A DNA stretch of 64,000 nucleotides, from NCBI RefSeq assembly GCF_036321535.1, contig NC_087447.1, positions 50,408,001 through 50,472,000 of the forward strand, written 5' to 3'. The notes under the pieces were generated by a model. The model was not told the DNA's origin. It was given only the letters and a program-made list of their open reading frames with translations, and ran no database searches. Positions 24,861 to 38,600 of this stretch are shown piece by piece. The stretch's first letter is position 1. Each line of letters starts with the position of its first letter. Source of the stretch: Camelus dromedarius (lineage: Eukaryota). A program made the position numbers and the translations under genes.

Positions 24861-26609
24861 ACAATGCACCTCCGGGCGCCATGAGCTCGTCTGATTCCTA
24901 CCCAGCCTGGGGGTCAGCAGGACAGGTGTCATCTCTAGGTGACCACTGAGGTCACCAAGGCATAGAGGGTGGAGTGGCCTTGCTTGAGTCACACAGTGGG
25001 TATGTGGCAGAGCCTGAAGTGAGAAAAATAAATACACAGCAAACAAACAGAGCAGACTTCAATCCTGCCTCCCTCTCCAGCCTAAGCAGGATGCACTCAC
25101 TGATGCATGAGGCTTCCCAAGAGCTTCGGGATCCAAGGCCAGGGGCGTGGGTTAGAATTCTGACTTTGATCTTCTGTGTCCTCCTCTGTGAGATGGGAGC
25201 ATGAACCCCACCTTCTCCTCTTGGCATAATTGTTGAGGGGATCAAATGAAATGAAGGACTGATGCTTTATGAATTGTGAAGTGCTTTGGAGCCATCAGCT
25301 TTCCTATCTTCTGGTGGAAAAGGGTCATTCCACTGGCCTCTACTGCACTAGAAGACATCAGGACACAGGCAGCCAGAGGGACCGCCAATGAGACAGCCAG
25401 ACATGGATGCAGTGAGTCACAAATACATAGCTCTAATCCAGCAGTTGTTAGACAAGGAGATCCGTCCAGAGAGGGGGTAACCTGCCCAAGGTCACACAGG
25501 ACTAGATCCCAGCCCCCTGGCTCCCTGTCCTTCTGCACCAGGCCCCACAGGTCAAGCAAGGTCCGCTGCGCGACCTGAGATGGAAGTGGTGCAGCTGCAA
25601 CATGGTCCGTGCCTGCCAGCACGTCCCCAAGTTTCTCGGGGGCCATTCTTCAGGGGTTCACTGAGGCGAGGCCACACTTCCCCTCTGGCGGCTTCCTGTT
25701 TTGGCCAAACAATAACTCTTGCCGGGACCTGGTGCCAGCTGGCTGCAGCTGTTGCCAAGGCGTTGACTTCTTGCAAGCACAGAGGGGAGATCCTGGCCCC
25801 CAGGGGTCTGCTGCTGACCTCCCACAGCAGGAACCTCACGCTCAGATGTGGTCTTTGAGCTCACCGAATTCAGTGACGCCTTCATGCACTGATCACAGGA
25901 GCACCTTGTTTGCCAGGTTGCATCTGGGTACCCAGAACACAGAGACACAACAGACGAGAGTTTAGCAATTCTGCAAACGTTTGTCCTCTGCCCATGAGAA
26001 GCAGGACATTGTACACAGTATCAGTGATGCAGATGTGAATAAGATGCACCCTGTAGACTCACTGACTGATGCATCTGTGTGTCCTCCCAGTGCCTTGCCA
26101 GAGCTCAGAGTTGGCTGTCAGTCATTCACATGCTCATGTGAGTCAGTGCACACAGCTCCTTCCTGACAGAATATCTCAGGGCACATGGGGAAGGGGCACT
26201 AAGAGTGTGAGCAAAAATAATAAAGATCAAATGTTTATGGTGACCTTTTTTAGTAGGTGAGAAAATCATGATTTAGACATGTAAAGAGATTCACTTGAGA
26301 TAGGGAATGGAGCCAGGACTTTGACCCAGGTCTTCAGACTCCAAGGTGCTTCAGAGAGCATCCAATCTAACGTGGAGATTCACAGGATTGGAGAGGCTAT
26401 GGGAGCGCCCATGTGCACAGCACAGGAAGTAGGGGTGCCTGTTGCTGAATAAAATCTGTCGGGGAGACAAGACAACAGGAGGGAAACACTGGTGCTCTTT
26501 CTATGGCTGCCACCTAGCTAGTTGTTGTCACCCTACAGATGAGGACGGTGAAGGGGGAAAAGCCTCCTTGAACATCTGGAAAGCAGTGCAGCTGGCACTT
26601 TCACCCAGA

Positions 26610-26990
26610 ATCCCCACTGTGCTGGTCATCCTCCATCTCCCTGTCCTGCTCGGCGTCCTGGGAGGCTGACTTGTGCAAATGCGTCACCTTTCTGTTAGGT
26701 TTGGCCAGCGGGAGGCTATGGCAGGATGTCAAGGAGGGAGGAGAGAGAGGTCAAAGCATTCGGTCCCCCAGCTCCTCCTACATGGCCACAGTGCTGGTAG
26801 CTCCCCCTCTAATGGCTCCAAGAACCACTAGCTCTGGCGACACCATTGCCACCCAGGAGGGGAACCACTTCTCACCATCACAGGTCCAGGTGCTCCTCAC
26901 CCTCTGCTGGTTCCCTCACCTGCCCATCTTTGCCCATCCTTGCATTCATCTCTCTTCAGCCCCTCACCTTGAGTTACCCAACTTCCTGCT
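26610..26990. mobile_element. ERVL LTR remnant (LTR33-like)
   Basis: ctgggaggctgac...gtttggccagcgggagg...ggaggagagagaggtc...cagctcctcc resembles the LTR33 consensus. Confidence 0.6.
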
Positions 26991-28077
26991 GGAATCCTAC
27001 CTGCTTCTCTCCCATCTCCACTGTGGTGCCCAACACGACCCCATACACACCCATCTGAGACAGAACAGTGACTTGGCAAGGTCTGCCTCCCTCTGGGCTT
27101 CCTGCATGGTTTCTGGGCTGGTGCTACTGTGGAAACAATGACATGGAGGTTTCCAAGTGCTGGGACGGGGTCCTGCCACATCTCCTATCTCCTGGGACAA
27201 GCTGGATCTCCTGGGCTCTGGGCCTAGAAGAAGAGAGTCCTGCTGAGGCCTGAACCCAGGCTTGTCTGCCCCTACTCCCCCTGCTGGGGGTGAGGAAGGT
27301 GCTGGAGACCAGGGAGAGAAACAGCAGAGGTTCCTCCGGCTGAGCTGTGGACCGTCAGGAGTCACGCAAGGCAACCTCTCTTGGTTCAGCACCAGAAACA
27401 GGCCCAGGAGAGAGGGACACATCGAGGTCACTAGGTGGACGGCTCCTGACTCTGTTTCAAGCCCAGCCTCCTCCCTGAGCACCACATACAGACCTCCACG
27501 TGCTCCAGGGACTTTTGTAACCCAAGAGAACCAACACCCAACATGCCCCCTGCCCCCCGACCCCTCCCCCGTGCCCCTCCATCAGGGAAAGGCACCAGAA
27601 GCCTGCAGTCGCCTCTGACCATCTCTCTCCACCCTCAGCCCCTGACCTTCTCCAGGTTCTCACGAGTCCAGCAGTTCGACTTTCTAAACTACACTTGACC
27701 CAGTCACCTTCTCTCCAGGCCATCACCACCTCCCTGGTCTGGGCCTTGTCATCTATACTCACTTAGGACAATGGGCTCCTCCCTTGTCCCCCTGACCCCA
27801 GTCTTGCTCCTGCCAATCCATCCTCCAGTCAGCAGCTGGAGTGGCCTTTCAGAAATATAAATCTAAGCATGTCTCATCCGTGCTTCAGTGGAGCCCAGGT
27901 TCTTTAACGTGTGTGATACATCCAGGCCGCCCTCTCCAATTTTGCCTCTAAAGCGAAACCCTATTCTATGGTCCATGATGCAAGAGCTTTGCTGCTGTCT
28001 TCATGTGTGACTCTGAGTCCATTTCAGAGGGTCCCCCTTCAAAATGGTTCCTCCTCATTCCCACCAGCACCAGCATT

Positions 28078-28450
28078 GCTGTTCTGGTTTGGGTCCCTCC
28101 AAAAGCAGGATATGACACAAGGCTCTGGTATAAGTAGCTTATAGGGAGGTGATCCCGAGAAGCAGGAGTAAGGAAGTGAGGAGAGTGAGACACGGAAGGA
28201 AGAAGAGCCCACGCTTGGGTGTGTTCTATCCTCCTGCGCTGTGGGCGATGGGCTTCCCTCCACCAGGACCCTGGGATGCCCATGGAACACCTCCCAGAAT
28301 GGTCCACCCACGGGATGGGGAGCTAGGAGTTGATCCTGACTCCTGCCCCATCTGGTGAGGGTCTTTAGACCTTGGGCTGCGCTGCCCGCCCAGAGGGTGG
28401 TGCTAAAGAGACTGCAGCCAATGGGGAGACTCACAGCACAAGCTTGGGGT
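28078..28450. mobile_element. ERVL LTR remnant (LTR16-like)
   Basis: gggtccctccaaaagcag...gacacaagg...aagtagcttatagggaggtgatcccgagaagc...gagtgagacacggaagg. Confidence 0.6.
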
Positions 28451-29294
28451 AGGACGCTTGGCTGTGAGAGGTGACTTTTGGCTGAAATCAGAAGTGAGCC
28501 AAGGGATGTGACAACGGTTTCTGAGGCAGCTGCACAGAAACTCTCCCTAATTGGTCAGTACACGTGGCTTGTTGGAGCTCAGTGCGCATGAGGTGCCCCA
28601 ATTTGCTGAAGAGGGGGCTGTGGCCAGAGTACTTCAGAGCAGCTCTGGAAGGAACATAGGCTTTGCTGTCGGACTTCCTGGGTCCAAGCTCCATGTCGGT
28701 TGGTATTTGCTGCAGGACTTCTAGCAGGCCACATCACCCTTCAGCCACCATATCCTCAGCCATAAAATAAGGGCAATGATTTCTACCAATCAAAGTGTTT
28801 ATGAGAATCAAGTGGGCCATCAGATATAAATGCATACAGCAGAGTCCGATGCCAAATACAGCTGGTTACGTCTGCATGTTTCTCCCTCCCCTCGCCAAGC
28901 TGCTGCCCTAGATTCTTCCTTACCCAACTTCCTCAGCCAGCAGCACCCTATCTCCTCCATGCTGTGGGTTTAGCCTATGTTACCAGGAGCCTTGGCCTCC
29001 TGTAGGGGTGCCAGGTCGGCCTTGTCCTGGCTCTGGGGCCTGCGCATCCACAATCCCCTCCCCCGCCCCTGGGTACAGAGCAGAAGTTGCTTTTGTGGAA
29101 ACATGGACGAGTCGGCAGTGCACACCACCCAGCAATAACATTTTTCTAAGTCCCCATGAGCTGCTTCTGCCTTCCTTCCAAGCCCCACTTCCGACCCAGC
29201 TGCCTTGCCACGGGTAAATTTCGCTTGAGCTAACACCTCCAGTTCTGTTCCTCTAAGCTCATTCCTGCCCTTTGGGCTCTGGGTTCCACTTGTC

Positions 29295-29726
29295 TGTTAT
29301 GGGTTGAGTTGTGTTCTTCCCAAATTCCTATGTTGAATTCCTAACCCTCGGTACCTCACAACGTGACCATATTTGGAAATAGGGTCATTACGGATGTTAA
29401 TTTGTTAAGATGAGATCATAGTGGAGTAGCGTGGGCCCCTATTCCAACGCGATAGGTGTCCAGACATAGGGGGACGTTTGCGCACAGAGACACACACACA
29501 GGGAGAACCCCGTGTGAGGACTGGTTTGTGCGGCACAAGCCAGGAGCTACCAGGAAGCCAGCAGACAGGCCTGGAACAGATCTTTCCCTAGCGCCTTCAG
29601 AGGGAGCACGGCCTTGCCAACACCTTGATCTTGAGCTTCCAGCCTCCGGAACTGGGAGACAATACATCTCTGCTCTTTTCAGCCACCTGGCTGCGGTACT
29701 CTGTTCCGGGGGCCCTAGCTAATACA
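29295..29726 (+). mobile_element. MaLR solo LTR (MLT1B/C-like), apparently complete
   Basis: TG...CA termini: tgttatgggttgagttgtgt...atttggaaatagggtc...gccttcagagggagc...ttccagcctccggaact...ctaataca. Confidence 0.88.
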
Positions 29727-31059
29727 CCACCTAAACGGACAACTTATTTTTTTGCTACAAATATCGTTTTCCTTCCATTCTAATCCCTTTGTCTCTCTGT
29801 TTATGTGTTTGTCTTTCTCGACTCCCTGTTGGACTGTGAACCCCTTGGAGGCAAGGCGTGTGTCATTCTCACTGTTGTATCTTCCGGACCCAGCACAGAG
29901 TCTGGCCCACAGGAGCCATGCAGTAGAAGTTTTCTGGAGACTTCTTGAAAGAGATGACTTTGGTGCTTGCCCTTGAAGTGTGGTCCTTTAGGACAGACAG
30001 TGCCGTCAGGGGAAGGCGTCCAGGGGGCACAGGCACCGAGGCGGGAAGGAAAGGGCAGGGCAGGAGCGAGTGAGCAGCTCGCCGTTGGCTGGGCTGTGGG
30101 ACCCTGGAAGGAGGCAGAGGCAGGGTGGGACTAGAGGAGGGGAAAGGTGGGCGTCTGGGTTTCAGGGTTTGGGGATGCATGTAGTTGAGAATGGGGCAGT
30201 GGAGAGCCACGGATAGGAGAGGGAACAAGAGCAGGGCTCTGGGAATATTATTCAGTGCAGAACAGACTGAAGACAGGGAGTCCCAGTGGGACTGATGACA
30301 AAGGCCTGAACCCTCAGGGGCATGAGGATGAAGAGAAGATGAAAGACATTTAGGAGGAAGAAATGTGGGCCTGATGACTGATTTGGAGGTATTTTCCCCT
30401 TTGAGGTACCTGCCTCCAAGCTCCTCCTCCTCCTGAAGATGCCAGGCTGAGAATTTCCATGATGTCAGCAGTGACACATAAATCACCCCACCCCTGTCCC
30501 CTCTCTGACGCTGTCAGTCTTGGCGAGGGGAGCAAAGGAATGAGCCACCCCCTCCCCAGGCTGCTGAGGTTTCTGGTCCACAATTCAAAACACCAGTTCA
30601 AGGAAGCAAGTAACTTTTCACCTTTTTTTTAAATGTCAGGTTTTTTTTTCTTATTGCTCAAGAGTAATATGTTAACTGTATTCAAAAATCTGAAATTACA
30701 GTGCCATTAGCTCTTATAAGGTGAAAACTGCATTCAGTAGAAATGACCCTGGATAGTCCCTGAAGTGGAAGGAACTGGGATATTAAAAATTCAAAAGACA
30801 AAGATTACATTGTGTAATGACATTTTGACTGTGACCTCTTTTTCCCTGGAGCACCAAAGACCAAAGTCTAGTTCGAAGTGGGTCAAACGGTAGAGTTTGG
30901 AGGTGGTGGGTAGCTAGATTAAATGCTTGCTGGGTGTGAGTCCACTGTATGAGTAAGTCAAAGAAGAAAATAAAAATCACCTGAAATCCTCCTCTCACTC
31001 TTATTTTTTGGCAAATATCCTCTTTTCAGTCTTTTTCTTTTCCTTCCTGCATATTAAAA

Positions 31060-31410
31060 GGTAGACTCAGTGGAGTATGAAGTGCCTCTTGACGTGATGA
31101 CCTGAGAAAGACACAACATCTCTGTGGTATTCTCTCCAAAAGGGCAGAACACAATCTATAAAATGTGCAAAATACCTGAACAGACAACTCACCAAAGAAG
31201 ATAAACTAATGGTAAACAAGCATATGAAAAGATCACATGTTATTAGGGAATTGCAAGTCAAAACGTCAGTAAGCTACTGCTACACACCTATTTGAATACC
31301 CAAAATCCCCAAAGGTGACAGCACCAAATGCTGGCGAGGATGTGGAGCAACAGGAATTCTCATTCACTGCTGGTGGGGATGCAAGATGGTAAAGCTACTT
31401 CGGAAGAGAG
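31060..31410 (+). mobile_element. L1 fragments
   Basis: acctgaacagacaactcaccaaagaagata...ccaaatgctggcgaggatgtggagcaacaggaa...cattcactgctggtggg. Confidence 0.75.
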
Positions 31411-32783
31411 TCATTGTAAACTGGTGTTACACCCTTATGGGTGTCAGACACCCAAACCCTGCCCTTGCTCTCATGAGGCAAACATTCTTAGAACTGTGTG
31501 GAGCCCTCTTTGTGGTCTCCCCACGCTGGTCCCTGTGCTTGGGACACATACCCTCTGGCTGACCACCTGTGCCTGCCCCCTCCACTCCTGCTGAGGGGTC
31601 CATCTGTAGGGGCTCCCTGAGGGCAGACTTCTTGAGCAGGGATATTTTGGGATGACTCATGTCCAGCTACCCTGCACTGTGTCCAGTCGGTCCCATAGGA
31701 AACATTCTCTCCTTCACTGCCAAGTTCTGGAAGCACAGGCTGCTCCCACAGCAGCCCTCATCCCTACTTTGGGCCACCACCAGGGACAGCTCCCGCTGGC
31801 CTCTCATCTTCAGACTTTTCCATGTGAGAAGTGGGCTCGGGCTTTGTGTCCTCTAAGCTCCAGGGAAGCCCCAGTGGCTTGGGTTGAGCCATTTGGGGTG
31901 CAGCACAGCACTGCGACAACCCTCTCCATGGAAAGCCTCTGTATCCATCCTCCTCTGGAGGCAGGTGATGGCGTGAGGACCTCATAGTCTCTGTCTGAAT
32001 CCTGCTGGGTTGTGTCTGGTGCTACTTTGGGGGCTCTGAGGGACAGCAGCAATTCTGAGACAGGGAAGTCCCATTTAACTTCCTATTATGTATAACTAAT
32101 ACATTATTTTAACAAAAATGGTATCTTACACATTCTATAACCTACTTTTTCACTTCACACCATGTTTTGAGCATCTTCACATCAATAAACACACCTCTAC
32201 ATTCACACCATTTAAAATGACTGATCAGCATTCCCTTGTATAGGTATATTGTATCTTACTATATTGAACCCTGATTGTTGGATATTTTAGGTTGTTTCTA
32301 ATTTTAGATTATTAATAATAACGTTATGATTGGGTCAGTTTAGGTGTGGTTGATGGCACTTTAGCTGCAGGGTCCTCACTTGCTCAGAACTTTTCACATG
32401 CCCAGGAGAAGAGTCTGGCAATTTTGTATTCATGATTTTGTCTTGTTTTTGTAAAAAGGGCCCTTTAAATTGTACAAGCTTCAGGTTCCACAAAAGCTGG
32501 ATGTGCCCTTGGCTCTGATAAACATCCTCACAGTCAATTTTCTTTTGGCTACATCTTTATTTCCTTAGGATAAACTAGAAACAGAATTGCTGGGTTAAAG
32601 CAGATGCACATTTTTAAGATTCTTGAAACACGTTGTCAAATAGCCCTCCAGAAAAAGTGATCTAATTTACATCCCAACCCTGCCCTGGATGAGAATACCC
32701 AAGACTGTGGTGGTTTCTATGGGATTGTGTTTCCCTGTTATTGTGGCTCAGTTGTAGCTGCCATTAGCACCTTCTCCCAAAAG

Positions 32784-33314
32784 CAGGGGTCTTGACCTGA
32801 GATCCATGGGCCACAAGGGTAGAATTCTTGGGGCTGTGAACTTGGATAAGAAAAAATTACATCTTTATTTTCACCATTAGCCTCTAGCTGAAATGTAACA
32901 GCTTTTTCCATCATGAATGTAGGCCACCAATCCCTGTGGCATTACCAGTCCCTGTAACCCCAGCAGTCCCACCACCAACAGAAATCACGGATGTTTTTAT
33001 GTCTTGTTACAGTTGTTGCAGATCTTGAAAAATACTGTTCATGCTTAACAGTGCTTCAAAATTATGGTAATTATCAGACCTGCCACTAGGTCTTGTTATT
33101 TAAAATGTGTCAGTAAAGAAAACATGAATTACTCAATTACAAATATTTTTTGATATTTTGAAAAATGCATCCAGGAGAATTGATTTCCTTTGTAACCATG
33201 TGTATTTTTCATTTTATGAATTTAAAAACCTTATTCTGAGAAGGGGTCCAGAAGCTTATCAGACTGCCAAAGGGTTCATGCAAGGTCAAAAGGTTCAATC
33301 AAGGTCAGAACCCT
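32784..33314. mobile_element. hAT-Charlie non-autonomous element (Charlie4a/MER80-like)
   Basis: caggggtcttgacctg...gtgaacttggat...aattacatctttattttcac...ttattctgagaaggggtcca...cagactgccaaagggttcatg. Confidence 0.75.
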
Positions 33315-33499
33315 TTCTATAGGGGACTCTTGATTCACATGTCCTTGAAACTTGTGCATGATACAAAAGAAAGGAATTAAACTTTGATGATCGCTGCCTG
33401 GAGCCAGGCTCTATGTAAGGGTGGCCTCCTGACTTTGAGGAGCTCAGTCTGGGTGGGAGATGCAATTTCACAACTCCTGCCACTCACTGTCCTGTGGGG

Positions 33500-33698
33500 T
33501 GGGGGCCAAGGTTCTCAGATTTTTCCAGGATTTTAAGAAAATCAGAAGTCCAGATTTTCACATGTTCTGATATAAAACAACTTTTTCAATTTTTAAATGT
33601 TGGCAACCAATCCAGATTTTTATAAATCACTGTGTGGGCCAAATAAAGCATGTCTGAGGGCTAAATCTGGCCCACAGGCCACCAGTTTACAACCTTTG
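33500..33698. mobile_element. hAT-Charlie MITE (MER103/MER102-like)
   Basis: ttttaaatgttggcaac...cactgtgtgggccaaataaa...atctggcccacaggccaccagtttacaacc. Confidence 0.6.
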
Positions 33699-33999
33699 CT
33701 CCAGGAGAAGAACAGAATTCTAGTTAGGGTGGAACAAATTTATTCTGTGGAACAAAGCAGCAGGGATTCTGAGCCTCCCACCACTCTGCTTCTGCAAACC
33801 AGAGAGACAGGGAATTGGAGCTCAGGTCTTGGGAAGAGAAGACATGAGAGAAGAAGCCTGGTGGTGGGCAGTGGAGGGGTGGGGCATGGGGATGTGGGGA
33901 GGCCCTGCAACCTGGCTGTAGGCTAGTTGGAGGCCTGGCTGGAGGCAGATGCTACCATGGTGAGGCCATCAAGGGAGCTATGGGAACAATGAGGACAAT

Positions 34000-35660
34000 T
34001 AAATGGTTGTTTACCCAGAAAACCCAAGAGCCTCTAACAGAGAAATAAAAACCAAAAACAAATGCAAAAACAAAACAAACTTCCCCCAAAAATCCTATTT
34101 GAATTAAGAAAAATTGATGAGGTTATTAGATACAAGATAAATATACAAAAACTAATTATATATTTTGAAAATAAACACATAAAAATGAAAATAGAAAAAC
34201 TATTCCATTTATAATCTTGACAAAAAGTCCAAAATACTTAGGATAGATTGAACAAGAAAACCATAAGGCCCATATTAAGAAAGCTATGCAACTTTGTAGA
34301 AGAACTGAACACAAGATCTGAAAAAATGAGAAGACATACCATGCTCCTGGATGGGAAGACTTAATATCGTAGCTGTGTCAAAACTCCCCAGGTCAGTCCC
34401 AAACAGAGTGAAATGTTTAAATGGAAGAGTAAATGCCTGAAAATAGCCCCAAAGTTATAGAAAATAATAACAGTGCAAAAGGATTTGCTTTGTTTGCATC
34501 AAACTCCAAAAGCGATCAATGGAGTATTAGTATAGAAGTGAGAAATAAATCAGTGAAATATACAGAACAAAAAATCCAGAAATGGATACCAAATATATGC
34601 CAGAAGTTAGTATTCGACAGAGTGAACTTTTGATTATTTTGTAAATGATGCTGGCACAACTAAAGTCCATCTGGAAGAAAATAAAATATTTCATCTACAT
34701 AATAAGTTTAGATTATTTAAAGATTTAAATGTTAAAAAGAAAACAAGGGGGAAAAGAAGAAATTTTAGGAGACTTATATGAGCAATCCAAGTGAAACAAT
34801 CAAACTGAGAAGCTATGAAGGAAAATTGAGGCCTTGAAAAGCATTGTAGAAGATATATAACCAGAGTCAACAGACTGATGAGAGATTTGTAAAACATCAA
34901 TTATAAAAATGCTAGGTAAAGTTAAAAACTGCATGCATAATGAGGCTTAATAAATTGACAAGGAAATGATAACGCAACGGGAAAATGGGCATAGGATGAA
35001 AATGGGCAATTCATGAAAGAGTCAATCCAAACAGCCAACAAACAAAGGAAAAGCTGCTCAGATTCAGCAGTAGGGAAATGCATTTTAAAGTAACAATGCG
35101 AGACCACTTTATATCTGCTGCTACTACTTGCTTTTCTGGCAGAAAGTATAGGAATAGATTACCTCATAAGTTGTTTGTGGAACTACGATAAATTATTGCC
35201 TTTTTGAAAAGTGAGCTTTATTAAAATTACGTTTTTAATATATATGTATATATTTATCCACTGATGTAGCATCTCACTGGTAAGTTCTTATGTGACAGAA
35301 ATACAACTCCCAGAGACTCTGGGCATATGAACAAGGATGATTTTGTAGCATGTTTACAGTTGCAAGAAAAGATGATGAACTGAATGTCCACCAATTGGTG
35401 AATGGCTGAATAAATTATGGATATTCACACTATGGAATATTATGTACAGTCAAAAATGAGTCAGAGCTACCTCTGTTTGGTGGGGTTTCTTTGAAGTATT
35501 GTTGAATAAGAAAAAGCAAGATGCAGGAAAATGTATGGTCCCATTTTTATAAAACAATGATACATGCAGAAGTGTATTTGCATATAATTTAAATGTGTTT
35601 GTCGATGATTATTACTTGATTATGGAGAAAACATACAGAAGGTTAGGCAGGAGGATGTTA
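34000..35660 (+). mobile_element. Old L1 (L1ME-like) ORF2/3'UTR remnant
   Basis: A-rich. gacataccatgctcctggatgggaagacttaatat; aaaatgggcataggatg; gaatggctgaataaattatgg...tatggaatattatg. Confidence 0.8.
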
Positions 35661-38600
35661 ATGTTTCCTAGGGTGAGAGAGGAGAATTGGTGCAAGCTGA
35701 TGTGGGTGGCACAGGAATGACGGAGGGAGCCAAGCCCATCCAACCCTTCTTCCCCCAAATTTTAAAGCAGGGGCCTTTGGAACTGGACTCTCTTACCTGT
35801 AGCCTAGCCAGCCTCCCACCCCCACAATGGGGCTTGACTCCTGGGACCACTCCCTTGGCATTCCTCCCACCACCCCATATGTGATCTTCCTTGTTTTCCT
35901 CCATAATTCCAGAATGGGACAGCCAAGGCACTGAAGGAGAGGAAAGGCCTGGAGGGTCCCAGTGGAGGGAGACCTTTCAGTGCATGAAAATGGACCTTCG
36001 GGTCTCAAGTATAGATCCTGCTCTCCCCAGGCATTTAGGCAAATTCATGGGAGTGAGGGGAAGAGGCTAGAAGTCATACTAATTCACTTCCATCAACCTA
36101 AGTCCTTCAGTCTCAGCTTGCAGATTCCATCCTCAGAGACGACTTCTCTAAGTCTGCCCATTTCAATTACATCTCCCTATTATTTCCTGTCATAGTACTC
36201 ATCACAATTTGCCATCTTGTTTTTGTGCGTGTGTATATGTGTGTGTGTGTGTGTGTGTTTAATGCCTATTTTCCCCCCGCGCCCCCGCCCCCCAAAAGTC
36301 AGCACCACAAGAGGAGGGAGCTTGTAAGTATAGCACCTAGCATGGTATGTCGCAGGGACTTAAGAAATACCAGTTGAATTCAACAATTTACTACTTACTC
36401 TCTTTTTCATTGACTCACTCTTTTCTTCATTCCTTGATTCATTTCTTCCCTTATTCATTCCAGAAACATGTGCTATTGGCCAATGACTTTTCCCCTGATC
36501 TGAGTCTTCTACTTTCTAGGGTGGCTTTTGGGGGGAGACATGGTGGTGGGAACATGATTGCAGAATTCCGGGAATGCATCCACAACTTGGGAGAGCTGGT
36601 GAGTCCGAAGCTCTCCAGGGAAGGAGGGAAGTTTCCAGAAGGCTAGAGAGTCAGAGAGGAAGGTGCTGAAGGATCAGAGAGGATGAAGTTGGGAGCAATA
36701 GGATGGAGGCTGGGCATAGGAAGACTCCTCTCTGCCCTCCTCCCTACCCCCATCCCCGCCCCTACAAGGCCCGCATCTTCCCACTGCCCAGCTTTTGCTC
36801 CGGCTGTTTGCTCTGCCTGGAAGAGGCTCTCCCCATGCTGAAATCCTACCCTTCCTTGCAGGGCCAGCCCAGATGTCCTCGAAGTCTCCCCTCACTCCTC
36901 CAGCTGGAAGGGCCGCTCCCTGCTGCAAACAAACTCCCAGAGCACAACGTCTGGACCTCCCTCGTGGTGCTGACCACTTCCTGCTTGCTCTGCGGTGCCT
37001 CCACCCAATAGGCATAGGCTCTGTCTGCCAGTTCCAAGGGATCCCATGGGGTCCAGGACCCAGCACCCCCAGATGCCCAAACCACTCTGGCTTAATGTGA
37101 ACAGCACTGTGTGTTTGGCAGTGGGGGAGTGATTATGATCCCATTTTATGGATGGGGAAATGGAGGCACAGACAAGCGGTGCGACTTGCCCTTGCCCTTG
37201 CCCCCAGAGCAAAGCAGCAGCATGGCCTAGACCCAGCCCTGCCTTTCTGGCCCCAGAGGCAGGGCTCTTTCCAGGGCAGCTTGCTGGGAGGTGGGAGTAG
37301 GGTGGGGTGGGGTGGGAGCTGGGTCCTGAGAACCAGCAGACCAGAGAGATTTGGAGTTCGGACGGCCAAGTTCAGGGAAAGCACAGCTGGGGAGGAGCCA
37401 AGGTATTTATTATGCTTGGTCTCCGGCTCCAAACAGAGCTGATGGATGGAGCTGCTCCAGTTCCTATAAACAGCTCGAGCCTCCCTCCCCTCCACCCCTG
37501 TGTTCTCAGCACCACAGCCCCAACTGCTCCCAGTGAGAAGGGGGTGGGGGATAGATGATCAAGGGAGGGAGGGAGAGAAGAAGAGAAGAGTGTGTGGTGG
37601 GGGGGCAGGGAGGGGATGCAGAAGATAAGCCAGGGTTCTAGAGGCAAGAGGAACTGAAGGGAAGAGAGTGGTGATAATGAGGGTCTGCCTGAGAAGTCTG
37701 CCACCCACTCTTGGTCTTACTGCTGATCTTAATCCCACAAGCACTTAGGTCCTGGAGGGCAGGGCCATCCATTCAGGAAACCGTTTATGAACTTGCCTCT
37801 GTGTTGGCTCACGGGCCTGGGAGACAGAAAGTGCTCCCGCCCTGGAGGCCCATCAGGCAGACATCCTGATGTTGTGGCCCAGGGCTGCCAGCAGCTGGAG
37901 GACAAAAATCAGGGCAGTCCTCCCAGAGGAGGTGATGTGGGCAGGGCTTAAAAAGGAGTGTGGCTGGTGGGTCAGGATGGGTGAGATATTCCAAGTGGAG
38001 GAGGTGGGAGAGAGCCTGGAGTTGGGAGGGTCAGGAGGCAGTGATGCCTAATGGTTAAGAGCCCTGACTCCAGAGAGGAGTGGGGCAAACCTAGTTCAGG
38101 TCTTGGCTCTGGCACTTTACAGCTGTGGGAACTGAAGTCTCAGTTTCTCTAAAATGAGGATGATAATAACAGAAAGCCCTTCAAAGAGTATCAGAATTAT
38201 ATCTGACCATGTACATCAAGTGCTCAGTGCAGGGCCTACCCAGAAAGTGCTCAGTAATGGTCAGCTCTGAATAAGAAGTGGGAGGCGGTCAGAGAGAGGT
38301 GCAGATGGAGGGCCATGGGGACCCGGACTTGCAGGGCCTTGTGAGCTGCCAAATGACAGGGGCACAGAAAGAGGATGGTGGATCCTGGGCCCGGTGGGGG
38401 GGGGGGGGTGCTAGCACAGGGGACTGAGAGGGTGAAGTGCTGGTGTGCCGTGGGTGCTGGCTTCCTCCCCTCCTGCCCGGCCCGGCTCCTGCTGGGCCCT
38501 GTGGCTCATGGAGCACCATGACAGCTCACTGAACCCAGTGAGCCAGGGACCCAGGCACTGCCGTCTGTCTGTGCTAGAGGGTGGGCGAGGGCCTCTTCCC

